Source of the DNA: the human T2T-CHM13v2.0 reference genome, Homo sapiens | Assembly (NCBI RefSeq): GCF_009914755.1 | Contig: NC_060944.1 | Direction: 5' to 3' (one strand) | DNA: 64,000 nt | Part shown: piece by piece, positions 1-15,298 of the stretch | How the letters are laid out: every line of letters begins with the position of its first letter | Numbering within the stretch: the first letter of the stretch is position 1 | Notes under the pieces: model-generated | What the model saw: only the letters and a program-made list of their open reading frames with translations | What the model was told of the DNA's origin: nothing | Databases searched by the model: none | Program-made: the position numbers and the translations under genes

Positions 1-447
1 AGACACTGGGTATAAGTGTACAGATATGAACGAAAGTTGTACTGGAGTAACTCACACATTTTCAAGAGTCATAATCTGTGTTCAGTTTGGAAAATGTACC
101 AGAGACAGTAAATCTAGAGATCAGAAGGTCAACAAAACTAGAGTTTGGAAGGTTGAGAACATAACCCAGGCTTTGTATCACCCTTTATTTCAACCCTAGA
201 GAAGATAATAACACATCTTTGGGAAAGAAAGCTGTCAATCTTCTAATTATCTAAATCCCTTGGAATGAAAGTGAGGAAAAGGCAAGGCTGGAGAGAAGTG
301 GCATCGACCTTTCCCCTCACATGGATTTTCCTTTCTGACTTCTGCATTACTGTCTTCAGCTCTCATGAAAATAGCATGATAATTATTGTCTGCTCTCCCC
401 TATTTCATTTTATTTATTCCAGAAATTTTTTTGAGGATCCACTAAGG

Positions 448-800
448 CAGGGGTCCCCATACCTTAGGCCATGGACTGGTACTTGTCCATGGCCTGTTAA
501 GAACCAGGCCACACAGCAGGAGGTGAGCAACAGGCAAACAAGCATTACAGTAATGCTCAGTAATTACTGCCTACTGTCAGATAAGTGGCAACATTAGATT
601 CTCTCACAGGAGTGTGAGCCCTATTGTGAACTGTACATGCAAGTGATCTGGGTGACACACTCCTCATGAGAGCCTAATAGTGATGATCTGACGTAGAAGA
701 GTTTCATCCTGAAACCATTCCCCCACCCACACCCCTGGTCTATGGAAAAATTATCTTCCATGAAACAGGTCCCTGGTGCCAAAACGGCTGGGGACTGCTG
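448..800. mobile_element. MER1B-like hAT-Charlie non-autonomous DNA transposon
   Basis: TIRs CAGGGGTCCCCA...TGGGGACTGCTG; near-perfect 8-bp TSD cactaagg (440-447) / cactaaag (801-808); internal sequence resembles MER1. Confidence 0.85.
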
Positions 801-974
801 CACTAAAGTATACAGGTATTTTCCTAACCATTAGGGATTTATCATGGATGGGGCAGCTGTGGCACCCAGCCTCATACTGCTTGTAAACCCTGAAAAACCA
901 AAGGGTTCTACTCTAGGGTTCTAATGCCAATGGCAACAATTGGCTTTGGAAGAAGAGAAAAAACCTTCTAATTC

Positions 975-3790
975 CTCTTTTAATGTATTCATTGACCCAT
1001 TTGTTTTTCAGGGCTATGTTGTTTAGTTTCTATGTATTTAAAAGGTTTCTGAGGTTCCTCCTGTTACTGATTTATAGTTTTACACTATTGTGGTCAGAAA
1101 AAAAATGCTTGATATTATTTTGATCATCTTAAATTTGTTAAGATTTGTTTTGTGGCCCAACATATGATCTATCCTGGAGAATGTTCCATGTGTGGTTGAG
1201 AAAAATGTGTATTCTGCAACTGTTGGATGAAATGTTTTGTAAATGTCTGTTAGGTTCATTTGGTCTACAGTGCAGTTTAAATCTGATGTTTCTATGTTGA
1301 CTTTCTGTTTAGATGATCTGTCCATTGCTGAAAGTGGGGTGTTGAAGTTTCCTGCTACTGTTGTATTGCAGTCTATCCCTTTCCTTAGACTTTTAAATAT
1401 TTGCTTCATATATTTGGAAGCTGCAATGTTGGGTGTATGTATATTTACAATTGTTATGCCCTCTTGCTGAATTGACCCCTTTATTATTATATAGTAACCT
1501 CCTTTGTCTCTTTTTACAATTTTTGACTTAAAGTCTGTTTTATCTAATGTAGGTATAGCTACTCCTTCTGTCTTCTGGTTTCCATTTGCATGGAATACCT
1601 TTTTCTATCCCTTCACTTTTACTTCATGTGTGTACTTACACGTTGAAATGAGTCTCTTATTGGCAGCATATAGTTGGGTTTTCTTTTTATCCATTCAGCC
1701 ACTCTATCCCTTTTAATTGAATAATTTAATCTATTTACATTCAAGGTAATTATTGATAGGTATTTACTATTGCCGTTTTTCTAATTGTTTTCTAGCTGTT
1801 TTGTATATATTTTCTTCCTTTTTTCCTTAGTGTCTTCCTTTGTCATTAAGTGATTTCCTTTAGTAGCACGTTTTGATTCTTTGCTCTTTATTTTTAGTGT
1901 CTCTACTATAGGTTTTTGCCATGTGGTTGTTATGAGGCTTACAAAAGCATTTTATAGTTGTAACAGGTTATTTTAAATGTGTGACAACTTAACTTTATTA
2001 ATAAAAAAAAGACTGTACATTTTAACGCTACTACCCTCCCTGCCTCATTGTGAATTTTTGAGTCACAATTTACAACATTTTATATTGCATATTTCTTAAT
2101 CAATTATTGTAGTTATTATTTTTTAATAGTTTTGACTTTTAACCTTCATACTAGGGATACAAATAGTTTACAAACCATGATTAGAATATGAGAGTATTAT
2201 AGATTTGATTATATATTTACTTTTACTTCAAATGTTTTGTGTTATTCATTAGCATTCAGTTTTTCAGTTTGAAGAAATCCCTTTAGAGTTTCTTGTAAAA
2301 CAGGAATAGTGGTGATGAACATTCACAGCTTTTGTTCTTCTAAAGGATAGTTTTATTGGGTATAGCATTCTTAGTCAGCAGTTATTTTTTCCTTTAGCAT
2401 TTTGAATATATTTTCCCCCTCCCTTGTGGCCTTTAAGATTTCTGCTGAGAAGTCTGCTGCTAGGTATATTGAAACTCTTTTATATGTAATTTGTGTCATT
2501 TTTCTTGCTGCTTTCAGGATTCTTTCTTTGTGTTTGACTTCTGACAGTTTGATAACAATATGTCTTGGGTTATAGTCTTACTTGAATTGAATCTAATTGC
2601 TGACTTTAACTTTCCTGTACCTAGATATGTATATCTTTCACTAAGTTTGGAAATTTTTCTATTCCTTCATCTTTCTATTTTCTCTTGAACTCCATTGACC
2701 TGAGCATTTGCTATTTTGATGTCACCCCTTAAATCCTATAAGCTTACTTTGGTCTTTTCAATTTATTTCTCCTCTAACTGTACATTTTCAGATAGCTTGT
2801 CTTCAAGCTCACTGATTCTTTCCACTGCTTGATAATTCTGCTGTTGGTGCTTTCTATTACATTTTTCATTTTTTTCATTCTGTTTTTTACATCCAGGATT
2901 CCTGCTTTATTTAAAAAAAAATCTCAATCTCTATGTTAAATTTCTCTGATGAATTTCTAAATTTTTCTCTTATTTTCTTGAAGTTCTCTAAGCTTCCTTC
3001 AAATAGCATTTTTAAATTTTTTGTCAGAGAGGTCATCATCTTCATTTCTTTAGGGTCAGTCACTAACATCTTATTTTATCCATTAGGCAGTGTCATTTTT
3101 CTCTACTTGTTCTTAATCCTTATGGTTATATATCAGTGTCTATGCATTGAATATGCAGGTATTTATTTCAGTCTTTTCAGTTTGATTTTTTATGTGACTG
3201 TTCTGCAGTAGGCCTATCTAGAAATTCGGAGAAAACTGTCTCTTTTGGTCTTTTCTAAACCAATGACTGCTGCACTTGTTGCAGTGCTAGAAGCACTTGG
3301 TTTGCTGTGGCTGGCACCAAGGTTTGCTGTGGCTGGCACCAAGGTTTGTGTTTTGGTTGCTGTGAGCTCCACCCCTCTTCTTTGTTTCTAATTGACCCCT
3401 AATAGACTAAGCCTGCTAACACTCACAATGGTTCTCATAAAATGAGACCAAAGCAAGCCTCCTATAAAGGGTTCCAGAATGGAGAGGATGCCAAAATTCC
3501 ACCTCTAATACACCTTTTCCATTGTAAAAACCATAAATTCAGAGGAAGTTTCTTCATGTCGTACTGTACAGGCTTGGGAGAGGGACATAGCGGTCAAAAA
3601 GGACAGTTACTTTTACTGTCTAATTATGGTTTTTCTCTGCTCTGTGCTCAAAGTCAATATTACAGCTTTGCTCCTGAGTTCTTAAATATTCAGGGTGGTA
3701 ATCTTGCCTCTGGATAGATGCTAGTTGGGTTTCCATGGAAGGAGAAATGTCAGAAAACTCCTACTTCACCATTTTACTGATATTACTTCA
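975..3790 (-). mobile_element. Old L1 (L1M-type) 5' portion: ORF2 endonuclease region, inter-ORF, ORF1 and 5'UTR, degenerate
   Basis: ORF 1080-1409(-) gives GNFNTPLSAMDRSS...DLTDIYKTFHP...FSRIDHMLGHK (L1 EN motifs); T-rich L1-antisense texture continues to ~3.8 kb. Confidence 0.85.
3299..3348. repeat. 22-bp tandem duplication (ggtttgctgtggctggcaccaa x2.3)
   Basis: Two exact copies visible. Confidence 0.9.
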
Positions 3791-4001
3791 TCAGGACCTT
3801 CTAATTTTGATTTTACTTTTCAATCTTTATTTTTTCTAAAACTTTTTGTTTCTTCATTTTTCAAGTATTAAATTATCCTAGTTGTTCTAGTAGAAAGCAC
3901 TGTCTTATGTGTGAACAGTGACAGATAAATTAGATATTCTCAGAATATTCAATGATGGCAACTAGAAATAATCCTGGCTCAATATCAGTTTACAAATTTG
4001 A

Positions 4002-4355
<354 letters not shown>

Positions 4356-4361
4356 TAGACA

Positions 4362-4974
<613 letters not shown>

Positions 4975-5694
4975 CACTTCTCCCTTGCCACTCTTCATTA
5001 ACACATGAGGTATCATTCTCAACTATATTTGCTAATAATTTACTCTCCTCCCTTCTCCTGGCAATATTTAAAATATTACTGAGTGTTTTCCAGGTCCTGT
5101 CTATTGTGATTGTGCTGGACATGTAATAATGAAGAAAGCCAAATAAGTCCCCTGCTTTCACATGACTTCTGTTTTATAGGCAACCCCAATGACATTAGGG
5201 TGGTCACCCCTGCCCACGCACTTAGTTTCAGTCATTACTGGACTAAAGCAATTGAGAAGAAGTACAACCCATTCTAATATGAGTTGCACTATTAATAGTT
5301 CACAGTTGATCATATGTCTTGTTACTTGTTATCTAAGTGTCTACAGCATCTCCAGTACAATGCTTCTCAGAGTTTGTAGAATATGTGTGGCTTTGGAAAT
5401 TCAGAGGTGTTCTGAAAACAAAGAAACAGAAAGCACGTCTGTGATCAAAGACATTTGGGGAATTCTGGGTTAAATGAAACACAACATGCCTCTTTACTGC
5501 AGGACTCGTCAAAGCTTTTGCTTTTCCAATGCAGTATTATGAAACTCTAAAAGCAGGATATCATGAAATTTTTAAACGCATTTGACCAAGAATTCTGATT
5601 CTGGTGAGATGTTTTTCCTGGGAATAAAATTGTGGACAATAAAATTTTGGAGATGGTGTTCAGTTCATTTCTTCATCATCCCTCATTTTGACAT

Positions 5695-6300
5695 ATGCTG
5701 TCCTAGGCTGGTTCTACAGCAGCTACCTCTCAAGTGTTCATATCCACACTGGTCTTGTTTGTGCTTTGTGTTTCTGGGACTAGAGCTCTAAAACCATATT
5801 TCTACTCTACTACCTGGCTCCACCTAGGTTCTGCTAGTTGAGGAAGACTAGAAGAAGGCTTTCTGCTTCCTGTTTCTTTCTGCCTCTTGTTCTTTTAACG
5901 ATGTCCTAAGCAACAGCTAACAGTACTCACCCTAACAGTAGTAGTTCTTTCCTGTCTCAGCAGCTGAATCCAGCTGGGTTTTTTAAAATGACACTTACAG
6001 AACTAGTGCCATAACCCCCGTCCCCCAATCAGCATGGGCCAGTTTAGACCCCTCCTCAGTTGTTTGAGCCTCAGCTCCAAGGTGTCCCTTCTGTAAGGGT
6101 CTAAGTATTCATAATTAAAATCTCTTTCGTTTGTTCACACAGCTGTGGGGTGGTAGCTATTTACTACAGGTGCTACTTTTGGATACCACAGGGTGTTATC
6201 TTTGTCATTTCAGTTCCTCAACACAGCTCTTTATATTAAATTTTCTGTTAAAAGAATACATGCAGTTCTTTCTGACTCCTGATTATACCTGTCCAATATA
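5695..6300 (+). mobile_element. Old ERVL-type solo LTR (LTR33/LTR41-like), family uncertain
   Basis: 3' end attaaattttctgtt...cctgattatacctgtccaata resembles ERVL LTR ends. Confidence 0.4.
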
Positions 6301-7159
6301 CTCCATTCATTCTCCCCACTCCCTAGGCCAACAATCTGAGTGGTAAAGCAGAAAGTGATTTGAATGAGATCATATAAAGGATTCCAGCATTATCTCAGTC
6401 ACTGTTTCTGGGCTAAACTGAGCTGTCTCTGTTCTCAGCTCTCAGAGTGAGCTCTTCTCAGTCGCTAGGAAGTTAAGGCCTAAGAAGACGAGCCTCCATG
6501 GAACAGACCTACCACCAGCCTACCCCTGCTGGCTTTTCCTGGTTTGTTTAGTCATGAATACATTGATCTGAATTTGTCACATTTATTCTTCTCACTTGGA
6601 ATCTTGTATCTACTACCTTGACAAAATCATGGAAAGAGACCATGACCACATTTTTATTATCTGATTGTCTTCCTGGAAATAAAGAGTTGCGACTGTCACT
6701 GGCTGGCAACTATAATTGTTAAACCTAACTGAAGAATTGAAGTCTACTACATTCAGGAGTGTTTGGATCCTAGACCCTGATTTTGGCTTTCAATTCATGT
6801 CTTTCTGCACTGGCACATTTTTGCATATGTATACATGTTCATGTGTTGTAGGTCCTTCTGTGTCCATATATGCACACTTGCATGTACAGGAACAGGTGCC
6901 ACTGTGTAGGCATGTGTGTGATGTGTGCATGTGTGAATATGTGTGTGTGTGAATGTGCTTAGGATAGACAAGACCATTTTCATACACAAGACTATTTTCA
7001 CCACTATATCTCTAGTATCTCACATAGGGTCTGTGCTAATGGATACTCAAACATAGTTATTGAATGAATGAATGGATGCATGAAAGAATGAGTGTTAATG
7101 CTAACACAAAAAGGAATGAAATCTGTTCATTTCTTTATTTAAGGTGGGCCCATCTAGAT

Positions 7160-7470
7160 CAGCTCTATTTAATAGACATATAATGCAAGTCACATAAGTA
7201 ATTTTAAATTTTCTAGTAACCACATTGAGGAAAATAAAAAGAAATAGAATAAATTAATTTTAAAAATATTTTTATATAATCAATATGTCCAAAGCGTCAT
7301 TATTTCAGAATAATGAATATAAAATAAATACCAATGAGATATTTGCATTTTTAAAAGCCTTTGAAATTCAGTATATATTTTACTCTCATAGCACATCTAA
7401 GTTAGGAGTAGCCACATTTCATGGACTCAATAGTCCCATGTGGCTCAAAATTGCAGTTTTAGTCAGTTTA
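7160..7470. mobile_element. MER33 (opposite orientation to the 4362 copy)
   Basis: aatagacatataatgcaagtcacataagtaattttaaattttctagtaaccacatt...gccacatttc..ctcaatagtcccatgtggct. Confidence 0.75.
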
Positions 7471-10094
7471 AGTCTTGTTAATATCCTTTGGACAATGGAG
7501 GAATGGAGGATATTTTCTATTTCCTATTCTTCAAAGTTTAGAATAAGGAGTCTTTGGAATCCAGGATACTTTCTGGATTGGAGAAACGTTGGTTGAGAAT
7601 GTGAATCTCTGATAACCCTTAATTGCTGCAAAAGTTACATGGTTTAGCTCACATGTCTTTCTCTGTCCTCCCACTCCAGTGTTCTGGAGGGGAACCAAAC
7701 TAGGGCCCTATTCTGAAACCTGTTTTCCTTTCCTAAAATCTGAGCCCCTTTGCTGGAAATGTGTCTCTCTCTCTGGAACCTGATCCCATTCCGGAAACCT
7801 GTATCTTTTTCTGGAACTGGCTACAACTATCTCTTTCCTCTTCAAGCTCAGCCATGAAGAAATTTTTTAAAAATAAAGAATACAAACACACACTAATAAC
7901 AAGAAAGCATGTGTTATCTTCTCTCTCGTATCCTGCATCTTCAATGTCTTTGTATTAGATCAGATATTGCTCAAAATACAGGAGCCTGAAATTTCTACCC
8001 ACCCTTTTTTTTTTTGAGCCAGAAATTCCCTAGATTCACAATGTCATCATCCACCCCTATCAATACCCCATTTTATGGCTGTGACGGTGGTAGAAATTCA
8101 CATGGCCTTAGTGGAAAGCCCTGTGTCTCCCCTTCCCCCTGCCTCATCTTCTCTGTTATTAGGTACAACAGAATCTCAGAGATGGCTCCATTGGCTTCAG
8201 ACCTTCTGCCCATTACATTACATACAATGTCTTTTTAAATTTTCTAAAATGGAGTAATTTTTAACAAGCGGGTGGTGGGGAGTACTTCCCATATTTTTCA
8301 TTAACGTATACTGTTAACTATGCCAGTAAATTATGGATAATTTAATTTAATTTAGGCTTAATGGCAACATTTTTCCTCACTAATGAAATGGTTATTTGTT
8401 ATTAGGAAAATATTTATTGAAGTGGAATTGTGTGATCTCTCACATCATTATTAAACCTTGTTAAACCATTTTTTAATTTCAATTTGGGTTTAATTAAGAG
8501 TCATTAAGCATTTTATTGAATCTAAATTAAATTCTAATGGAAATGGGATTTGCCAAAGAGACAGTTGTGCCCTTTCTTCACTCTCAGTTCTCTCAAAGTG
8601 ACATAGTTACAAAAGGACTTGGGGTGAAGTGGAACTCCAATATTATTGATAAAATGGAAAGAACAAAGGCTTTGTTTCAGATTGATCATAGTTCTAATAC
8701 CAGAACTGCTTCTGACATACCATGAGACCTTGGGCAAGTCATATCATTTTTGTGATAATCACCTTACTCTTCTGTAAGATGAGGACTGTAATAGAGTGTC
8801 TGTGGAAACAAAAGGACAAAAATTATATACCAAATGGATATTTTAAGCTTCTTTTTTTGTCTGAGGTATCTACAATTCCTTAGGAAATGGAATTTAAAAA
8901 AAAAAAGTTTGTTGAAGGAAAAAAAAAAAAGGAAACCGATGTGACTAAAAAAATGCCAATGTACATCGAGTTGTCTATCTGAAGCCTGAATTCCCAAAGA
9001 GGATGTAACTGGAGCAAAGACAAGGGAGTAAGTTAGAGTTTAATGAGCCTGAACTTGGAAAAGGCTAGACCAAGAAGACAGGAGCACAGGTCAACTGTGA
9101 TGAGTCTTGTCCACCTGAAAACACATGGGAGGCTTCCCCCCTGGGTTTGGACCTTATGAAACATTTGGTTAACGTGAAGCCTGCATGACATGGATAGATC
9201 TTTCTTGGCCCAATATAGTGGAATTCAAAAGTAAATCCTAGTCCTATGTAGATTCCTTGAAAGGGATAAATATCAATATTCATTCTTTCAACAGATTACC
9301 TCCATGGATCTCCTATATGCCAAGTCATATTAGGGATATGGCAGCCAACAAGCTCAGACAAATCCTCTTGGGAACTTTGTGACATAATGGTAGAGAAACA
9401 CATGGCAACAACACACCACAAAATAACAAGTGGTATAATGAGAATATGAATAATGTGCTCTGTTAAGAGGATTGTCTGATGTGCCAATTATTGAATATTG
9501 ACTCTGCATGACTTACCAGCATGTCATCCCTCTAAGAGTCTCTTCTCTGAATTCTACTTTGGATATTCACCAAAGTCTTAACTCAACTCTTGAATTCAAT
9601 CTCACCTGTAGCTCCTGGAAAAAAAATGTCATTTTTTCCTGAATGACCCACCAGTTGGATAAGTCTCTAATTTTACCTGCTCAGGAGAGCTGCTGGAGTA
9701 TACCTCTTCAAAAAGAAACATTCATCCTTGACATGACTTTCACTTCTTCTGGAATTAGTTCTTTAGAAATATGTACAGGTCTTTATTTTTGATGTATCTC
9801 AACCTTAGATGGAATCTTTTGCCATCTTGATATCTGAAGACAGTTTTCAACACATACCTAAACCCAGGGAGGCTTTTTACCTCCCAGTACTTTTCTTTGC
9901 TTTTTATATATTCAATAATTAAAACCAGAGGAAAACTTATACAGGCCAAAGAGAGCAAGGGGGCAGCCCCTGAATGGTTCCTGCATTAACACTAAATATA
10001 TTTATTTTCATCAGCCTAACACATACTCATGTGCACATGTGCATATGTATGTGAGTACAGAGGTATGTGCACATGCATGCAGACTCAGTTGCAT

Positions 10095-10560
10095 AACTTC
10101 CATCTACACTTCCAGATCAATTCTACATCCACTTTTACTCTGTTCTGCGATCCAGAAGTCTGACAAGTGTGGCCAACCTCAATGAGTCCTCTCAACTTTT
10201 GGCTTCTGGTTGGGGTCAGCAGAAAAATTCAGAGAGAAAGAAGAGTGAAGGGAATTAATGTGTTCTGTCATCTCCCTTCCTATGAGGTATCATGCGTGGC
10301 TTCATGTGTTGACCAAGATTACAGCTTCTGCCATATGACTGTTTTTCTCCAGGGGACTGCTCTCTGTCCTCATCCCTTCAGGTCTAGGGCAGTCACAGAG
10401 TTCTGGTATTGCTATCCCCAGGACACTACACTGTGGTGTGCCCTTATGGTTACTCTGCAACCTGCTTATGCCTTTGTAAATAGTTGCTTTACTAAACACT
10501 TTTGAAGTTGCCAAGTTTGATTGTGCTATCTGCTTTCTACCATGACCCTGATTTATAGAT
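10095..10560 (+). mobile_element. LTR33-like ERVL solo LTR
   Basis: cccttcaggtctagggcagtcacag; cctttgtaaatagttgctttactaaac...tgtgctatctgctttc..gaccctga terminus. Confidence 0.65.
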
Positions 10561-11744
10561 GTACACAGAAGCACTCAGATCAAAGGTCTCATTCAATGTT
10601 GAACTAGACTGCCTTTTCAGGGGGCTGGTAACATTGCCTATTGGCCAGTCAAGGTGTCTCTAACTGTGTTTCTAGTCAATCTGAGATATAATAAAAGTGC
10701 TGGAAAGATCAGCAGACTTGATCCATTCCTTCACCATGTCTTTCTGCTCCCAGGAGAAGGTCAAGCTCTGTAAGTTTCCATCTAATGGCTTCTTTTGTCT
10801 TCATTCCAGCAAAGGAGAGGACTGAGTGGCCCAGATGGAAAGCAGAAATGCAGACAGAGGCCTGTGGAAGAAGAATCTTAAAATAACTAAGCAACTCCAA
10901 GAAAACAAGTGAGGATTTATTGGAAACAACTGCCTTGAAAGAAGAAAAAAACACTCCAACTTGGTAAGAAAGATGAGAGGACATAAAAACAAGTCAGATT
11001 AGAATCACCATAAGAAAATTAAAAAGAAAGAAAGAAAAAAAGAAAGGGGCTAGTCCAAAAAAAAAAAAAAAAAAAAAAGTCCAGAGAGCAAAAGTCCAGG
11101 ATACCTGGGCCTCTGTCTTCCTTTTACCAGTTACGGGGTGATCTAAACTTATATATCTGAGCACTCACTGGCACTGAAAAAAAAAATCACAGAAGTAGAG
11201 TGAGGAGTAAGGAAGACGACCTAGAACATCTTTTCACTGGTGTGAATTGACAGAAAAATCAGGCCATTACTTCAAGGAGTGGGATGATGACTTTATGGGG
11301 ATATCACCTAAGTACAGCCTGACGCCCCATGCTACCCTCACTCCCAAGACCAGCCAAGAAAGATGGATCAGGAAGCCAGGTCAACAGTTCCATCTTTGAT
11401 ACTTACTAGCTATAAGACTGAAGAAGTTGTCCGATATCTTTGTCTCAGTTTTTTTTATATGAAAAATGACAGACAATTCATGAGGTTGTTGTGAAGACTA
11501 AAAGAAAGATTAAAAGTATTGCATTGTTATCTCGTATAAAATTAAGACTTAAAAAAATAATTTCCCTCTCTCCATCTCTTTCTTTCTTTTCTTCCCCTTT
11601 ACTTCCTTCATTTTTCCCTGCCATCCTTCTCCTCTCAATCTGATGTTAAAGCTCTATACAGATATTCGTTATTTTGCTATTGTTGTTGTTGTTGTTGATA
11701 CTATTATTATTTTTGATACCACTATTATTTTGTTGTGCAGTTTT

Positions 11745-12053
11745 GTTTTGTTTTGTTTTTTGAGATGGGGTTTTCCTCTGTCACCCAGGCTGGAGTGCAG
11801 TGGCACAATCTCGGCTCACTGTAGCCTCCGCCTCCAGGGTTCCAGGGCTTCTCTTTCCTCAGTCTCCTGGGTAGCTGGGATTACAGGCACACGCTAGCAC
11901 ATGCCACCATACCTGGCTAATTTTTGTATTTTTAGTAGAGATGGGGTTTCACAATGTTGGCCAGGCTGTTCTCGATCTCCTGACCTCAGGTGGCCTGCCT
12001 ACCTCGGCCTCCCAAAGTGCTGGGATTACAGACGGGAGTCACTGCACCTGGCC
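11745..12053 (-). mobile_element. Alu (AluS-like)
   Basis: Antisense dimer with perfect 14-bp TSD tgttgtgcagtttt (11731-11744 / 12054-12067). Confidence 0.97.
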
Positions 12054-13649
12054 TGTTGTGCAGTTTTATTTACCCTGGGTTTTTTTTTTGTTTTTTTTTT
12101 TAACAGATATTAGCCTCTCTTCAGCCTTTTCCACCCCATCTGGAATCTTACAACGAACTGTTGGGTTTTAACACAGTGTTTTGTCCTATTTTTAAACCAA
12201 ATTCATTAGAAACCAAGAAAAAGAAGAGAAAAAATCAACAGTAGTATTTCCCAAAGTTAAGGCTTAATTTTATTTTGTGTTTGTTAGTTATGGGTGTTCT
12301 TGCTAGTCAATTTTTCCAAGTTAGAGCTCAGGTGGAATTTTATTGCCAATCTGCCTATTGATAACAAAGACCATCTTTTTGAGCACTCAATATTGAGGTG
12401 GCATTTCCCCTTCTAGCTTACAGAATCAGGCAATGGATGAAGCAGTTCTGGAAAGGCTTCCTTCCGCCAACTTGGACACATTTTTTCTTTTTCCAGCCCA
12501 GATGAACTTCCTCATTTCTCCGCTCTGATGATAAGCCCTGTTTAGGCTCGTGCTTTCATCTGCCTGGGTGGCATCAGAATTCGGGGGACATGTGACCTCA
12601 GCTCTTGTGTTTGGATGGCATGTGGCTATGAGACTCTGCTAAAGTAAACAAGTTTTATATAATAGACAATGATGACAATAAAGATAGTAATATAAAAACA
12701 AGTTGTACAGGGCATCTACTCTGCTGTGCTAGAGACTCTGGAGAGATGATGTCTATTTCTCAGAACCATGGTGGTTAGGGACCGTTATCCCATTTCTTAA
12801 AGAAAGAGGCCCAGGGGGCTGCAAATCTTTACCCAAAGTCATGCACCCACAGCTAGTGAGAGGCAAAGCCAAGATTTTCTTTACATTTTGTGATCTTTTT
12901 CTCTCTCAGTGAAAATATTTGCGGCGGTATTTTTCTCCTTACCACATATTAAGCACCATTAAAATTAAGCACATTAAGCAAGTTTGCACAAGAAGAGAGA
13001 GAAGAGGAAAATGCAAAGGTAACCAGGGGAGTAGAATGTTCTCTGGCCTTGCTGGGACTGTCCACTCCAGTAGAAACGAAAGGGAGTCCTACAGGAGATG
13101 ATGCAGCTCAGGTGCCTTCTAAGGTACATTCCTGCCACCCACCTTGCAAGGCAGAGGCTTAAACTCTCGTCTTTTTGCTCCATTCATATCCACAATGCCT
13201 CTTAAGATCCTCTGGAGCCTTTCTTACAGACAATATTTTGTCCTTTCCAGACCTTGCTTGGTGAAAATCACGTTAGAAGTGGTAAGTAGAAAGATGAAGA
13301 CTTCCAGCTCCTTCTGTTACTCTTCCCACCACTTCTGTTCTGAAAAGCTAGACTTGCTCAGGTTTTAGCTGTCATCACTGCTCATCTCATTTCAAATTTT
13401 AATGGTAGTGACAAATACTTTCTTTTCTTCCCCCTCTACTTGTGCTTTCCTGTTTCTCAGTATCCATTCAAATCCCTGCCAAGACTAGAAAGATTCACAG
13501 CCTTTATCTCACTGTCTAGCAGAGTTTGAACATATCTCACTGCAGATATGGGGTGAAAGGTATGTTATTATTGAGACTGTGATGCAATGCATCCCCCAAA
13601 ATTGTTTGTCATTCATTTAACAAATATTCACTGAGTCATAAAGTGATTA

Positions 13650-13845
13650 AAAATTCAGGCTCTAGAATCAGATTGGCTGAATATGCAGTACAGCCCTGAC
13701 ATTGTTTAAACTATGTAAATCTTGAGTAAGTTACTAAAGCTTCCTAAGCCTTATTTACCTCTTCTGTAAAATGGGGATAATAACGGGTAGGTGTTATTAG
13801 GATTAAATGCGTGTCAAGCACTTGGCATGTTTGCCCAGCATAGAT
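13650..13845 (+). mobile_element. MIR
   Basis: aggctctagaatcaga...cttgagtaagttact...tctgtaaaatggggataataa core. Confidence 0.7.
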
Positions 13846-14614
13846 TTTGTGAAGTCAGAGATACCTTGATCTCGGCAAGAACTGTGTCTATATGTATCTG
13901 AAGGAAGAGGGGAGAAACTGGAGTTTCTATGTGGCTCCAGCTCTGCATGGCTCCTCCTACCTACTGATGTGGACTTGACCAGGCCCTATTCTCTCTGAGC
14001 CTCAGTCTTCTCTTGTCATGGGATAAGACTTTCATAACTACACGAAATATTCAAAACTAATCTTAAATCAGTGTAACTGTTCAATAAAATGATATCTTGC
14101 ACTCTATATTCCTGTTTTATTAACCTATCAGTGAGGCAGATCTAGGGGCCTTTATCTGGGTTTTAAAGAAGCTACTAGGAATTTTCTTGGCTACAGTCAG
14201 GGACATTGTTCAAAGACTGTGTATGTGCAGGGGCAGTGGGTGCAGAGTCATTAGGCACTCATTGGCTTTTCTGAGAAAAATGAGCTCAGGAAAACCAAAA
14301 TCTTGGCCACTTTTCCATTCTAACACCTCATCTTTCTCTAAGGTTAAGCTAACCTGGTGACCAGTTCCTAGCCTGGAATAGGCCCCTCTGCCACAGTCAG
14401 CTTTAGGGAAATGAGAAAAACAGTCAAAATAATGCAGCCCACGTGACACTCATGCCAGCTTCACCCAGGGAAGGAGTGGAACTTAAGCTCTCCAGCCCCT
14501 CCAGGTATCAGCCCGAAAGTTAACGTTAAATACAGGACTGTGAGTCTGAATGAGTCCACTGTGGAAGGTTCTCTAAAGGTCGAAGAGATCTATTTGATTC
14601 ATTTAAATAAATTA

Positions 14615-14870
14615 AAAAACTTTTTGGAATAACTTTAGATTTGTATAAAGGTCTCAAAGCTAGTCCAGAATTCCTGGTATATTTCTTCTAGCTTTTCCTG
14701 ATGTGAACATATTATATATTATGGTATATTTGCCAGAACTATAAAATCAACACTGGTAAATTACTAACTAACCTCCAGACTTTATTTGGGTTTCACCAAT
14801 TTTTCCATGATTGTTCTTTTTTGTTCAAGGATTTAATCTAGTATACTTCACTGAACATAGTCTATGCATG
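14615..14870 (-). mobile_element. L1MC/L1MD 3'-end fragment
   Basis: ggaataactttagatttgtataaagg...ctccagactttatttgggtttcacc resembles an old L1 3'UTR. Confidence 0.55.
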
Positions 14871-14878
14871 ATTTTTAA

Positions 14879-15298
14879 TGTGCTGATTGGTTTTGTGCTG
14901 CTATAGAGACATATTTCTGGGTGATCTACAAAGAAAAGAGGTTTATTTGGTTCACAGGTCTGCAGACTGTAAGAAGCCCAACACCTCCATCTGCTTCCTG
15001 TGAGGGCCTTAGGAAGGTTCCAATCATGGCAGAAGGGAATGGGGAGCCAACATGTCACAATGTGAGAGAGAGAGAGCAAGAAAGAGAAAGAAGAGGAAGG
15101 TGTCATGCTCTTTTTAGCAATCAGATCTTTCAGGAACTAATGGAATAAAAACTCACTCATTACCATGAGAACTTCGTCAAGGCATTCATGAAGAATCCAC
15201 CCCTATGACCCAAACACCTCCTGCTCGGCCCCACTTCTAACATAGGACATCAAGTTTCCTCATGAGATTTGGAGGGGGCAAATATCTGAACTACATCA
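14879..15298 (-). mobile_element. MST (MSTA/B) MaLR solo LTR
   Basis: aaagaaaagaggtttatttggttcacag...caatcatggcagaagg...catgagatttggagggg..aactacatca. Confidence 0.9.

Noticed and set aside
6716-7004. His/Thr/Cys-rich ORFs
   Set aside because: Artefacts of degenerate (TG)n low-complexity sequence.
9296-9700. Extra minus-strand exons flanking 9517-9614
   Set aside because: The implied introns would be only ~57-62 nt, below the usual human minimum.
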